DNA of 41,166 nucleotides. Source: a virus (taxonomy: Duplodnaviria > Caudoviricetes). Every line of letters starts with the position of its first letter. Position 1 is the stretch's first letter. A program made the position numbers and the translations under genes. Shown piece after piece: positions 27,441-36,517 of this stretch. The notes under the pieces are model-generated. The model was not told the origin of the DNA and searched no databases. It saw only the letters and a list, made by a program, of their open reading frames with translations. The DNA lies in the IMG/VR virus record IMGVR_UViG_3300044580_000569, positions 1-41,166 of that record; one strand, written 5' to 3'.

Positions 27441-27947
27441 TTAGTATTTCTTTCCATGTTTATGCTCCCTTGTTTTGTTGTACTCGAGCTTCCACTGGAC
27501 GTGGCTCTCGATGTCTATACCAAAGTTTCCGCAATAGTCAAGTATTCGGATCAGCGCGTCCGCCATTTCGTCTTCGTGGGTGTCTTTGATGTGTTCCGGG
27601 AAGTGTTCCTCATATCTATGCCCATCGTCAGAGCATGCATGCATCCATGCGGCCGCATCTGGATTTGTGTATTTTCCTTTTCTGTCAGCCTCGAGTGCTT
27701 CTGCAAGCTCGGAGACTATGAGCATCAAATAAACGGCCGGGTGTTGTTGTTGTTCATGGAATCCTTTTGCTCTGTTGGCCGTGTATATGTCGGTAGCTCG
27801 GTTTGTTAGGCTTAGGTCTGATTTTGTTATCTTTATTGCTTCCTTCACGGCATGGACGGCTCCGTGATATCCGACCATAAATTTTTTATCCTCTGTTCCC
27901 AACCCACAAAATTTTTGGATCAGGTATTCTGCATTGATTTCTTTCAT
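27441..27947 (-). CDS. MazG-like nucleotide pyrophosphohydrolase
   Basis: SELAEALEA...EDEMADALIRILD and KLEYNKTR..KHGKKY. Confidence 0.8.
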   Translation of the reverse strand: MKEINAEYLIQKFCGLGTEDKKFMVGYHGAVHAVKEAIKITKSDLSLTNRATDIYTANRAKGFHEQQQHPAVYLMLIVSELAEALEADRKGKYTNPDAAAWMHACSDDGHRYEEHFPEHIKDTHEDEMADALIRILDYCGNFGIDIESHVQWKLEYNKTREHKHGKKY

Positions 27948-28132
27948 TGTTGTTCTCTTTTGATTTCTTCTCGTAAAACTTCGATATTGTCTTCGATATA
28001 TGCTTTAACCTGTCCATTGCATTTTTGATTGTCATATAACCAGATCAGGTATTTAGCTGGGACGTTTGCCATTGTTTTTCCCTTGTGGATTCCGTATGGC
28101 ATCTCGGATTTATCTGTTAAAGCTGTATTCAT
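27944..28132 (-). CDS. DUF3820-like small protein
   Basis: MPYG.HKG.....VP..YL.W motif. Confidence 0.75.
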   Translation of the reverse strand: MNTALTDKSEMPYGIHKGKTMANVPAKYLIWLYDNQKCNGQVKAYIEDNIEVLREEIKREQQ

Positions 28133-28144
28133 TTTGATCCTTTT

Positions 28145-28606
28145 TTAAAATGGCAGTCCTGATTCTTCATCCTGCAGCTGTGATTCGTTGATTGTTTGTT
28201 GCTGTGGCATCTCCACCTTGATTGGTTGATGTGGTATTCCGGTTCCGGTTGTTTCTGGGGCATCCTCTTTTTTGCCGCTTGCCAGCATCTGGATGTTCTC
28301 TGCGTAGATTTCAGTGAGGTATCTTTTGATTCCGTCCTTCTCCCAGCTCCTGGTTTGGATTTTTCCTTCGACGTAAAGCATTGAACCCTTGCGGATGTAT
28401 TTTTCTGTCACTTCGGCAAGTCCGCGCCATGCTACGATGTTGTGCCATTCAGTCCGATCCGGGACGGTGGTTCCGTTCTGGAGGGTGTATCCCTTATCTG
28501 TTGTTGCGATTGTAAAGTTCGCCACTTTCACTCCTGCTTCGAGTGTTTTAATCTCCGGGTCTTTTCCTACATATCCCAGAATGATTGCCTTGTTTACTGT
28601 TGCCAT
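28145..28606 (-). CDS. ssb: Single-stranded DNA-binding protein
   Basis: VNKAIILG.VGKDPE, TEWH.IV.W, acidic tail DEESGLPF. Start set at ATG 28606. Confidence 0.95.
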   Translation of the reverse strand: MATVNKAIILGYVGKDPEIKTLEAGVKVANFTIATTDKGYTLQNGTTVPDRTEWHNIVAWRGLAEVTEKYIRKGSMLYVEGKIQTRSWEKDGIKRYLTEIYAENIQMLASGKKEDAPETTGTGIPHQPIKVEMPQQQTINESQLQDEESGLPF

Positions 28607-29019
28607 AGATGTAATTGGTTTTTTAATTGTTTGTGTTTTTTTCTTCTTGCTTTTTCTTTCGCGTCGTATTTCAGGTGGCATCGCTGGCATAAAGCCTGGA
28701 GCCGGTAGTCACTTACTTCGTGATTTTCTTCATCGTGGTCGAGATGTGCAATGGTCAGAACGATAACGATGTACTTTTCCTCCATGTTGCACCAATTGTT
28801 CAGGTGATCTATCATTTCCCTGGCTGCTTTGTATTCGCTGATTTTACCAGGATGACTGTATGGTGGTTTTGCAAATGTCCAGAATTTGCCATCCTTCATA
28901 TAACCAACCGAATAATTAACCGCTCCGCATCTCTCGCACCGGTTATTTGCTCTGGCCAGTATCCTGGGTCTGATTTCTGTCTTCCAGTTTGGTGGATATT
29001 TGCTGTAGTCGATTGGCAT
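28594..29019 (-). CDS. HNH-type nuclease-like protein
   Basis: CERC...VLTIAHLDH...LCQRCH..YD. Confidence 0.75.
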   Translation of the reverse strand: MPIDYSKYPPNWKTEIRPRILARANNRCERCGAVNYSVGYMKDGKFWTFAKPPYSHPGKISEYKAAREMIDHLNNWCNMEEKYIVIVLTIAHLDHDEENHEVSDYRLQALCQRCHLKYDAKEKARRKKHKQLKNQLHLWQQ

Positions 29020-29029
29020 TTTATTTGAC

Positions 29030-29131
29030 TTAAATTAAGCATATCGTTATAATCGCACCCCAAAATGCAAGTACAAAAACTATCAAATAAAGTAATCCGT
29101 TTTTGGCTCTACCGTCGTTGTTTGTTTTCAT
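29030..29131 (-). CDS. Small single-pass membrane peptide (33 aa)
   Basis: MKTNNDGRAKNGLLYLIVFVLAFWGAIITICLI from ATG 29131. Confidence 0.5.
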   Translation of the reverse strand: MKTNNDGRAKNGLLYLIVFVLAFWGAIITICLI

Positions 29132-29180
29132 GTTGATTTTATTTAAATTGTTTCGCATATATTGCGTGTTAACGGCAATG

Positions 29181-29435
29181 CTAAATCCACATACCATTAA
29201 AGTCCGCATCACCCATTTCTATATCTGCGTTCGTTGGTTCAGTTGGTTTATCCCATTTCTTATTGTAAGCATCCCACCCACACGCTTTGCAATATTGGTA
29301 GTCATATCCTATATCATCATAAGTTCGTCCGCATTTTTCACACTCTTCGTTAGGCTCGCACTCCCAATATTCGTTATCGTAATAATCTTCATCAGAAGCA
29401 CAGCCGTTAAAACCATGTATAGCGTTTTTTGTCAT
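29181..29435 (-). CDS. Acidic zinc-ribbon-like protein
   Basis: CEKC...CKAC, D/E-rich. Confidence 0.6.
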   Translation of the reverse strand: MTKNAIHGFNGCASDEDYYDNEYWECEPNEECEKCGRTYDDIGYDYQYCKACGWDAYNKKWDKPTEPTNADIEMGDADFNGMWI

Positions 29436-29447
29436 TGTTTTATTTAT

Positions 29448-29660
29448 TTAAGGATTTAATACTCTTTGTCTATTTTGCTTTTTTATATCTTTGGCTGTTT
29501 TCTTGTCCACCATTATCATGGTACTCCTGCTTATTCTCACCGGGACGAGTTTTTTTCTCTTCTCCTCGGCTTTCGCCTTCCGGAGTTCAACCTCTGCATC
29601 CGGTGTTTCTGTTCTCGGTTTTCTCTTTTTCTTTTCCTGAATGTATTGTTTATAACTCAT
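29448..29660 (-). CDS. Hypothetical basic protein
   Basis: 70 aa, coupled to upstream gene. Confidence 0.65.
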   Translation of the reverse strand: MSYKQYIQEKKKRKPRTETPDAEVELRKAKAEEKRKKLVPVRISRSTMIMVDKKTAKDIKKQNRQRVLNP

Positions 29661-30193
29661 GATTTTCTTTGTGTTCGCATGCCTTCCATCCTGTCCAGCA
29701 TCTGTGTTAGTGTTTCCGATTTTGATTCTCCTTTTGTCGAGGTGTGGTTTTCATAACTCACATTGTCAGCCTCGTTCAGCCTTTCCTCTGTGTATTTTTC
29801 AAGCCATCCCAGTATAACGGATGCGTCCATTCTGTATATCTGTCCGTATCTTCCCTTCATTGCATTTTTGAAACAAAGTTTTAAATCGTCCAGCTTCATG
29901 TAATAGTAATCTTCGAGTATTATTTCGGTCAAATTGACGATCTGGTCTTGATTCATGTTCTGGCCGGTGTTGAACATTAGAGCCGTGTCTGTTAATATCA
30001 TCGCCACTATTGCTTTTGCTGTCATTTCTCCGAGCTGTCTTCGGCATATTGCCAGCGATGGCACCGGTGATTCGATAACCTCACGAATGCTGACCGCCTG
30101 CAATTCCTTGTAGTACCGCTTCGGAGAGGTCTCTAAGGTTTTCAAGCTCTTTTCTCGTGTTGTTAGTTGTTTTTCCATTTCCTGTTGTTTCAT
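29657..30193 (-). CDS. Putative helicase-loader/replication accessory protein
   Basis: Follows initiator. DYYYMKLDDLKLCF..A..GRYG..Y..D...I..WL..Y pattern. Confidence 0.55.
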   Translation of the reverse strand: MKQQEMEKQLTTREKSLKTLETSPKRYYKELQAVSIREVIESPVPSLAICRRQLGEMTAKAIVAMILTDTALMFNTGQNMNQDQIVNLTEIILEDYYYMKLDDLKLCFKNAMKGRYGQIYRMDASVILGWLEKYTEERLNEADNVSYENHTSTKGESKSETLTQMLDRMEGMRTQRKS

Positions 30194-31031
30194 ATACTCG
30201 ATTTGATTTCAGTGATAATGCATTTGTAAGTGTTGACCTCCAGTCGAGGTTTTGTGATCGTGATTTCTTCTTGTGCTTCCATCCGGCCTCTGTTGCCCAA
30301 AATTCCACGCATGCCTTTTCGAGGCTGAGTGGTATGTTGACTCCTGGATTGAATTTTTTCTTTTCTTCCAGCCATTCCTGGTCATGTAGGAGGTTGGTGT
30401 ATTCTTCTCTTAACTGGGCGAGGTAGATTTTGTAATCGGTTCGCCATGTTTTTTCTTTTTTTTTCTTTTCTTCTTTCTCTTTCTTTTCTTCTTCTTCTTT
30501 ATCATCAATATTATCTACAACTATATATTCATTTCCATTTCCATCTCCATCTTCAATGCTTTTTAAGCGAATGTGCAACCAATCGGTTAACCGTTCGGTT
30601 ATGTTTTTTTTTTCATAAATCATAAATTCTGACGGATTAAAGCTCATTTTCAGTTCTTTATAAGTTTTTTCGTCATATTTACCTTTTCTTAGTAGTGCGG
30701 CAAATGTTCCAGTAATTGTATTCATTTTACCTTTTTCTGCTCGCTCACCTATCACTCGGTTAAGTTTTGGGTTAACCAATCTAACACCGTTCGGTTGACC
30801 GTTCGGTTGACCGTTCGGTTCAAAGTGTTTGCATATAACATCCCACACTTTTTGAAATTCTTCAGTTGATAAACCGACCATTTTTGATAATCTATTGATA
30901 TCTGAAGGTAAACTTCCGTTTTGGTGCTGGTAGCACAAGAGGTCTATGTATACTCCTTTTTCGGATGGAAGATATTCAGCTGTGTTCGTCAGCCAATCCT
31001 TGCTATAGAAAAGAAATGCAGGGTCTTTCAT
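30081..31031 (-). CDS. Replication initiator (DUF1376/YdaU-like N-terminal winged helix)
   Basis: PAFLFY..DWL......EKGVYIDLL, E/K-rich linker, GWK.......W C-terminal domain, internal direct repeats. Confidence 0.75.
   Translation of the reverse strand: MKDPAFLFYSKDWLTNTAEYLPSEKGVYIDLLCYQHQNGSLPSDINRLSKMVGLSTEEFQKVWDVICKHFEPNGQPNGQPNGVRLVNPKLNRVIGERAEKGKMNTITGTFAALLRKGKYDEKTYKELKMSFNPSEFMIYEKKNITERLTDWLHIRLKSIEDGDGNGNEYIVVDNIDDKEEEEKKEKEEKKKKEKTWRTDYKIYLAQLREEYTNLLHDQEWLEEKKKFNPGVNIPLSLEKACVEFWATEAGWKHKKKSRSQNLDWRSTLTNALSLKSNRVYETTGNGKTTNNTRKELENLRDLSEAVLQGIAGGQHS
30578..30820. repeat. 12-bp iteron-like repeats (ACCGTTCGGTTG), putative origin
   Basis: Three tandem copies at 30786-30820 and two at 30578-30600, inside the initiator gene. 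Confidence 0.7.
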
Positions 31032-31046
31032 TTGTGTTTTAAAATA

Positions 31047-31140
31047 GGACACCCTCTCTAATCCGGCAGGGTCTGACTTCTGCTTTCATAAAAAGGGTGT
31101 CCGTGAGTTCGTTTGTAATTCCTTCGGTCAGACCGGAATT
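31047..31140 (-). ncRNA. Structured leader RNA of replication initiator
   Basis: Stems AATTCC/GGAATT, GGACACCCT/AGGGTGTCC and GCAG/CTGC. Loops GGTCTGAC and GTCAGACC are complementary. Confidence 0.6.
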
Positions 31141-31146
31141 CTTGGA

Positions 31147-31188
31147 CAAATATAAAACTATTTTTTAATATACGAGTATAATGTACTC
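31147..31188 (-). promoter_or_regulatory. Replication operon promoter with palindromic site
   Basis: TATATTTG (31154-31147), 19 nt, then GAGTATAATGTACTC (31174-31188). Confidence 0.7.
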
Positions 31189-31191
31189 ACA

Positions 31192-31920
31192 TTATTGCAA
31201 AATAATTGGTATTGTAGGCATTATCTCCTGAATCTTGGCGATTTGCTCTCCGATTATTGTGCTTTTTGTATCGATGAGTAATGCAGTAGCATCCGGGCTA
31301 TAAAGCAGCAGGATAACGGAACGACCTCTGACGTCGGCCATGAATTCAACCTCGATTATCTCTCTGGCTCCTCCTTTGAAAATTGGAATTTTAAGACGGA
31401 ATTTTCCGGGTAGGTTTGATGTTACAACTCCACTGAAACTGTCAGAAAACTCCCCTTTGTCGTTGTTCTTTTTCTCAACCTTTGAGTTTACTTTTGCCTC
31501 GAAGTTGAGCAGCTCGGTAACCAGAGCCATGTTTTCCTCCCTGTTTTCAAAGTATGACCGGTTCATCTTCATGAATTGTCCCAGCTGGACTGGTTCCCAT
31601 TCCTTCTTGGTGTTGATTCCAAATTCGATGAGTGTTGGGTCGGTAGTGATTTTTCCGATGACCACTCCCGTTTTATAAGGGTCATCTTCGTCGATGATAA
31701 GGGCTATTTCTCCTTTGTCTTCGTTTACCAGAACATGGCATTTAAACTCGTCAATTCTTGATGCTCTTTTTTGCAGGAATTCAGCAGGTGCGCTAATCGT
31801 ACCTGCGATGTGGATTTGAACTGGTGGCAGCTCATCCAGTCTTTTGGGTGCTGCTCCTTCGAGGATTTCCAATGTTTTAACTCCCTGTTCTACCGTGATG
31901 TTGAATTTTTCGTTTTCCAT
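31192..31920 (-). CDS. Conserved phage protein, possibly YfdQ/DUF2303-like
   Basis: 242 aa. LP.KF.L.IPIFKGG motif, family call tentative. Confidence 0.55.
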   Translation of the reverse strand: MENEKFNITVEQGVKTLEILEGAAPKRLDELPPVQIHIAGTISAPAEFLQKRASRIDEFKCHVLVNEDKGEIALIIDEDDPYKTGVVIGKITTDPTLIEFGINTKKEWEPVQLGQFMKMNRSYFENREENMALVTELLNFEAKVNSKVEKKNNDKGEFSDSFSGVVTSNLPGKFRLKIPIFKGGAREIIEVEFMADVRGRSVILLLYSPDATALLIDTKSTIIGEQIAKIQEIMPTIPIILQ

Positions 31921-31938
31921 TTTTTTGTGTTTTAGTGA

Positions 31939-32367
31939 TTAGTTATTTGTTCCTGTTCTATCGATTTGAAATACTGTCTTTTGCATCTCCTGTGGCATCA
32001 TTGGTCGCTCGCTAACGAGGTCTCCGTCCGCATTGTAATACTCAACCATCCGGGTGCTATGATCCATGAATTTGTAACATGTTTCCTTCACGTAGACGGC
32101 GTTGTTTTTAATATTGCTCAGAAGGTTTTTTCTCTGGTCATTCAGCGGATCGAGCCTGGCTTTGAAATGCGCCATCATTTCTCTTTTTTCATCTTCCACG
32201 TCGTTTATTTCAATGGAGATCTCACTCAGTTCGTTTTTCATTTCTACGATCTGATCCGGCGTGAACCTTCGCATGTATCCCATCGGTTCTGCCGCGTCAC
32301 AGTTGTCCCTTAGAAATTGCTTTCTTTCTTCAATGTCTGCGTACTCTTTTCCTAATTGTTTACTCAT
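31939..32367 (-). CDS. Hypothetical phage protein
   Basis: 142 aa with central coiled coil. Confidence 0.75.
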   Translation of the reverse strand: MSKQLGKEYADIEERKQFLRDNCDAAEPMGYMRRFTPDQIVEMKNELSEISIEINDVEDEKREMMAHFKARLDPLNDQRKNLLSNIKNNAVYVKETCYKFMDHSTRMVEYYNADGDLVSERPMMPQEMQKTVFQIDRTGTNN

Positions 32368-32413
32368 AAAATTTTGTTTTTAATTGGTTATTTTTCGTCT
32401 ATAATAATTTATT

Positions 32414-32700
32414 TCATTCTGTTGCCTTTTTTATTGCCTGTTCTGCTTTTTCAAATGCTATTTGTTCGCTTCTTTCAAACATTCCAGAATAAAAAATTAC
32501 ATTCTTGCAAAACATTAACGCTTCCAACAATTCCGGGCAGCTGCTATCAGTTTTGCATTAGCTTTTTGTTCGTTGTATGAAACATCGCGAGATGGTACGA
32601 TTGCTATTAATGGTGTACCTACTGCTCCTATTGATATTCTGTCATCAGGCTGAGTCCACTCATTGATGCTCCATTCTCCTTTTGTGAATTTTGTTTCCAT
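32414..32700 (-). pseudogene. Frameshifted phage protein (T.G.W...ANAKLIAAAPELLEAL family)
   Basis: Adding one base at the C run 32535-32537 restores APELLEALMF...AEQAIKKATE*. Confidence 0.75.
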
Positions 32701-32702
32701 TT

Positions 32703-33443
32703 TTAAAATGCTGTTTTATTAAAGTTGATTGTCATTCCTTTATCTGCGACGTGGGTTGTTTTTCCGGTGGCATTGACAACTGCATTTTTGAATTGTTGTT
32801 CGTTGCTGCTTCCGTCGCTTAAGTGTATCAGGACGATATTGTTGACTTTCTTCAGGTCTGTCCGGTTTAAAAACTGAATGCATTTTTCAATACTCAGATG
32901 TGATTTGCTCACCCTTTCCTGGTGTTTTGCATTCAGTTTTCCTTCCATCATCCTGGTCTCTGTTATCTCCTCTCCGTAGTTAGCTTCGATGATGATGTTG
33001 TTGAGTCCATCAAAGTCGTAGTCTATTTCCGAAGTGTCCGTGATAAAAAGAACCTTTCCGCATTCCTTGTGGTTGATTAAATATCCGCAAGGCTCGGCGG
33101 CATCGTGCGTAACCGGAAAAGACAGGAGGTTGAACCCTCCCGCGTTTGTCCTTTTCAGCATGTTGATAGGTACAGCATTGTGGTGGTTGTTTATCTTGGA
33201 GGCTTCGATTGTACCCTTGCTGGCCATTACTTTGATTCCTGCATCCGCTATCACTTTGGCGTGTTTAGCGTGATCACCGTGTTCGTGTGTAATAATGCAT
33301 CCGGCTACCTTGGTGAGGTTGAAATTCAAAGCCTTTTTGACCTCTATAAATGGCAGGCCGGCTTCAATGATCAATGTCTCATCTTCTCCTTCCAGAATAT
33401 AACAGTTACCTGCGCTGCTGCTTCCTATCACTTTCAGTTCCAT
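32703..33443 (-). CDS. MBL-fold metallo-hydrolase (YycJ-like exonuclease)
   Basis: GSSSAGN, THEHGDH, HDA, TDT, IEANY, HLS motifs, next to RecT. Confidence 0.9.
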   Translation of the reverse strand: MELKVIGSSSAGNCYILEGEDETLIIEAGLPFIEVKKALNFNLTKVAGCIITHEHGDHAKHAKVIADAGIKVMASKGTIEASKINNHHNAVPINMLKRTNAGGFNLLSFPVTHDAAEPCGYLINHKECGKVLFITDTSEIDYDFDGLNNIIIEANYGEEITETRMMEGKLNAKHQERVSKSHLSIEKCIQFLNRTDLKKVNNIVLIHLSDGSSNEQQFKNAVVNATGKTTHVADKGMTINFNKTAF

Positions 33444-33449
33444 CCTTTT

Positions 33450-34433
33450 TTAAAAATTTGGTTTTTGTTTTGGTGTAACTGGTTCTGCAGGCACAGCTTG
33501 TTTGATTTGCTCTCCCTCAACTACCGGAGTGCTGTCCACATCCTCAATATCCAGTTTTTGCCGTTTTGACTTTTCTTCCGAGCCATTGAGTTGTGGCTTT
33601 TGTTCCGGGATAGTTTCTTCGGCATCCTCATCCGTTTTGCTGGTGTAAAGGCCGGAGTCGTCGCTGGTTGTTATAAACAGCTTGCATGCTCTACCGATAA
33701 CCGTTTTAATAGCCATCTGATCTGGGAAGTTCTTATGAGCCGTGCTTTGTCCTTTCGTTGCTCCCTGCATCCATGCTTGTCTGATTTGCGTCATTGGCAT
33801 GATTTCGACGTGGGTTCCTCCATCTGCAAGTTGCAATGTTGCGTATGCTCCAAGGATTTTGTTGTTGTCGATATTTCTGAAATCCTGTTTATGTTTCAGA
33901 ATTTTCTTGCGGCCTGTATCCGGATCGATTTCGTATTCGAATTCGTCGTTTTCGTAGATAACATTTCCGGTCGGTACTCCGACTATTCCTCCCAGCCTTC
34001 TGGCCAGCGCGATGGTACCGTGGTACTCGAGCGAAAATGTAAGCTTATTCCCGTAGACTATAAAGTCTCCCTGTTTTTTTGTAACCGATAGTCCCTGGAC
34101 TACCATTTCCAGAAGCGCATTTGCGATGCTTTCCTTCGTGCAGACCTCGAGTGCTGGTTTTCCATTTTTGTCTGTAACTTCCATGATTTTGAGCCATGCC
34201 AGTTTTATCTGATTTCCGACGGCGTAATTTTCAGGCAGCTTCAGGTCTCCGGCTTCCTGGAGACTTTGTACATGCTCCAGTACTGCGTTAGTTGTTTGGT
34301 TCTGAATGTCTCGCAATGCATTAGCATTGAGTCCTGCTTTTGGGGCAGGTGGCTGGCTACCTGCTGGTGTAGTAGCCGTCTGTGGTTTTGCTGCTATGTT
34401 GGCAGCTCCTTCAAAAATTGTTTTTTCTTCCAT
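33450..34433 (-). CDS. recT: RecT-family single-strand annealing protein
   Basis: SIANAL......GL....Q....YG, Y.G...LA, HKNFPDQMA.KTVI.RA.K. Confidence 0.88.
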   Translation of the reverse strand: MEEKTIFEGAANIAAKPQTATTPAGSQPPAPKAGLNANALRDIQNQTTNAVLEHVQSLQEAGDLKLPENYAVGNQIKLAWLKIMEVTDKNGKPALEVCTKESIANALLEMVVQGLSVTKKQGDFIVYGNKLTFSLEYHGTIALARRLGGIVGVPTGNVIYENDEFEYEIDPDTGRKKILKHKQDFRNIDNNKILGAYATLQLADGGTHVEIMPMTQIRQAWMQGATKGQSTAHKNFPDQMAIKTVIGRACKLFITTSDDSGLYTSKTDEDAEETIPEQKPQLNGSEEKSKRQKLDIEDVDSTPVVEGEQIKQAVPAEPVTPKQKPNF

Positions 34434-34485
34434 TGTTGCGAATTTTGCGCCTTTCGGCTGGTGATTAAATGTGTTTTATTAAATA

Positions 34486-34530
34486 CAAATATAACATTAT
34501 TTATTTGAAAGTGAGCATATTAAACTCACT
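34486..34530 (-). promoter_or_regulatory. recT operon promoter with palindromic site
   Basis: TATATTTG (34493-34486), 19 nt, then GAGCATATTAAACTC (34513-34527), extended to AGTGAG..CTCACT. Confidence 0.65.
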
Positions 34531-34547
34531 TTCTTTTGTTTTTTTAG

Positions 34548-36503
34548 TTAATCTTTTACGGTTAAAACCAAGCATCCGGGTTCAACTACAAGGTTGATGA
34601 TCTGGCTTTGCGTATTGATGATTTTGGTTACCGATTCTCGGTTGTCTATAAAGATTGGGGCTGTCGTTTGTCGATGGCGGCAGAGCGCGTTGATGATGTC
34701 TATCCCTGTGTTTAGTTTGGCGGCGTTGTTCAGCGAGTCGTATGGGACTCCCTTGTATAATGCGTCACAGACCTCTTCATCTCCTCCGTTAATTTGCTGT
34801 TTGAACATCCTAAATTTCACGTATTCAAACATCCGATTGACGGTGTTTTCGATTTCCAGCATCCTGGTCTTCTTATACTGAGTTATCATCATGCTGATTT
34901 TTTCGAGGTTTGCTTTCTCTTGTGCGAGTTGCACCTGCTGGTTCTCGAGTTCTTTCAGTCTTTTTTTAGATTCTTCTATCACTTCTTGTCTTCCGAGTTC
35001 CTTCTGTAGTTGTCCGATTTCAGTTCTAATATCGGCGATCCTTTTGTCGGACTCGCTGGTGTCTGGCTTTTGGATTGTTTTCTGGATGTTGAGGAGTTGT
35101 TGGTTTAGTGCCTCCCTTCTTTCAGCATAATCAGGGACATCTGCTACTGATTTAATGGCCGGTTCATGAAGTGGTATTGCTTCGTATTTCTCCTTCAGCT
35201 CTTGAGCCTCTTGGAGGTCTTTTGTTAGTTTGTTTTTTGATTCGAGGATTTTGGCTATTTCCTCTTTCAGCTCCGTGATTCGTTTGTTGTTGAGGCTTCC
35301 ATCTTCTTCGATTCGCTTTAGGATACTTTGTTTTGATGAGTTGAAATTTGCCGCAGCTGATTGCTGTATCTCGTAGATTCTGTCAGGATCGTATTCACGG
35401 TGGCAAGCTGGGCAGGCCAAATCTTCAGGGTTGATGCGGATTTCCTTTTCATTCTCTGCTTCCCATTGAACCCTGAGTCCTTCGTTAAGTGCTTCCAGCG
35501 ATTTGATGTCTCCAGTTTTTCTTGTAACATCATTGTCCGCTCTCTGGATTTGTCCGGTGATTTCGCTAATGATTCGGTCAATCCTGGAGCGTTCGCTTTT
35601 AATTTCAGCATTTTTGCTGTCCGCTTCATTCTGACTTGCTTGTTTGGTTTTGAAAGCCTCCCGATCCAGTTCAGCGATTTGGTTCATGATTTCTCGTTGC
35701 TGGCTTTCGATTCTCTCCCATGATTTTGAGAGGTCATTTCTTTTTTCATCCTCGCTTTTAAGCTCAATTTCCAAATCCGATATCTTGCTCTTTATCGCAT
35801 CCCAGTCCTGCTGGCTCGCGATTGTCCTGTTTGCTTCATCGATTCTGGCCGGGATGTCTGCTTCTGATTTTTTAATCAGATTGATTTTATCAGCTATTCT
35901 CCTTTCCTCATCCGCGATGTTCTTTCCTTCCATCAACCCGATAACCTCGTTTAGCTCCGGGTTAACCTTCAGAATAGTTTCATCGGTTATTTCTCCGGCC
36001 ATACTAATCAGGACGGCTCGCTTATCTTTTTTGTCCATCCTTGAGAAATGATAAGGGTCAGTAATGAGTTTGAATAATCCCTCATCGATGATGTCGTTTA
36101 TCCTCCTCTTGTATTCGCTGATTTGAACCGGCACATCGTCCATGTAGCAGATTGTCTCATGTCCCGCGAGGTACTCCTCTGATGTTCCCCTTCTGGTTAC
36201 CCAGTTTTCGCGGTAAACTTTCCGGAGTTTTACAAGTCGTCCGTTCACTTCGATTTTCCCTTCTACTTCATGGTCAATCTTTGGAATCGTATTTCCTTTG
36301 CTGTCTATCGTTTTTATATCAAAGACCGCATTCCCTTCGCTGTCCTTTCCAAATAGCAGCCATGTGAAGGCATCAAATATTGAAGTCTTCCCGGTTTCGT
36401 TGTCCCCATGTATAAATGTCTGATCTGGTTTGAATTCAACGTCCAGACTCCGGATGCCTTTGAAATTTGTAAGGCTGAGTGTTTTAATAATAACTGTGTT
36501 CAT
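34548..36503 (-). CDS. SMC/Rad50-like AAA ATPase
   Basis: NFKGI, Walker A GDNETGKT, coiled coil with CPAC hook, Walker B PIFIDNRES. Confidence 0.9.
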   Translation of the reverse strand: MNTVIIKTLSLTNFKGIRSLDVEFKPDQTFIHGDNETGKTSIFDAFTWLLFGKDSEGNAVFDIKTIDSKGNTIPKIDHEVEGKIEVNGRLVKLRKVYRENWVTRRGTSEEYLAGHETICYMDDVPVQISEYKRRINDIIDEGLFKLITDPYHFSRMDKKDKRAVLISMAGEITDETILKVNPELNEVIGLMEGKNIADEERRIADKINLIKKSEADIPARIDEANRTIASQQDWDAIKSKISDLEIELKSEDEKRNDLSKSWERIESQQREIMNQIAELDREAFKTKQASQNEADSKNAEIKSERSRIDRIISEITGQIQRADNDVTRKTGDIKSLEALNEGLRVQWEAENEKEIRINPEDLACPACHREYDPDRIYEIQQSAAANFNSSKQSILKRIEEDGSLNNKRITELKEEIAKILESKNKLTKDLQEAQELKEKYEAIPLHEPAIKSVADVPDYAERREALNQQLLNIQKTIQKPDTSESDKRIADIRTEIGQLQKELGRQEVIEESKKRLKELENQQVQLAQEKANLEKISMMITQYKKTRMLEIENTVNRMFEYVKFRMFKQQINGGDEEVCDALYKGVPYDSLNNAAKLNTGIDIINALCRHRQTTAPIFIDNRESVTKIINTQSQIINLVVEPGCLVLTVKD

Positions 36504-36517
36504 TGTTGCTGAGTTTG

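Noticed and set aside
28607-28690. N-terminal extension of SSB (likewise upstream starts for ORFs at 10054, 18502, 24042, 31052, 37339)
   Set aside because: The extensions overlap upstream genes or regulatory elements, and downstream ATGs fit better
21756-30820. Short repeats as a CRISPR array
   Set aside because: 11-12 bp tandem units without unique spacers, and no cas genes
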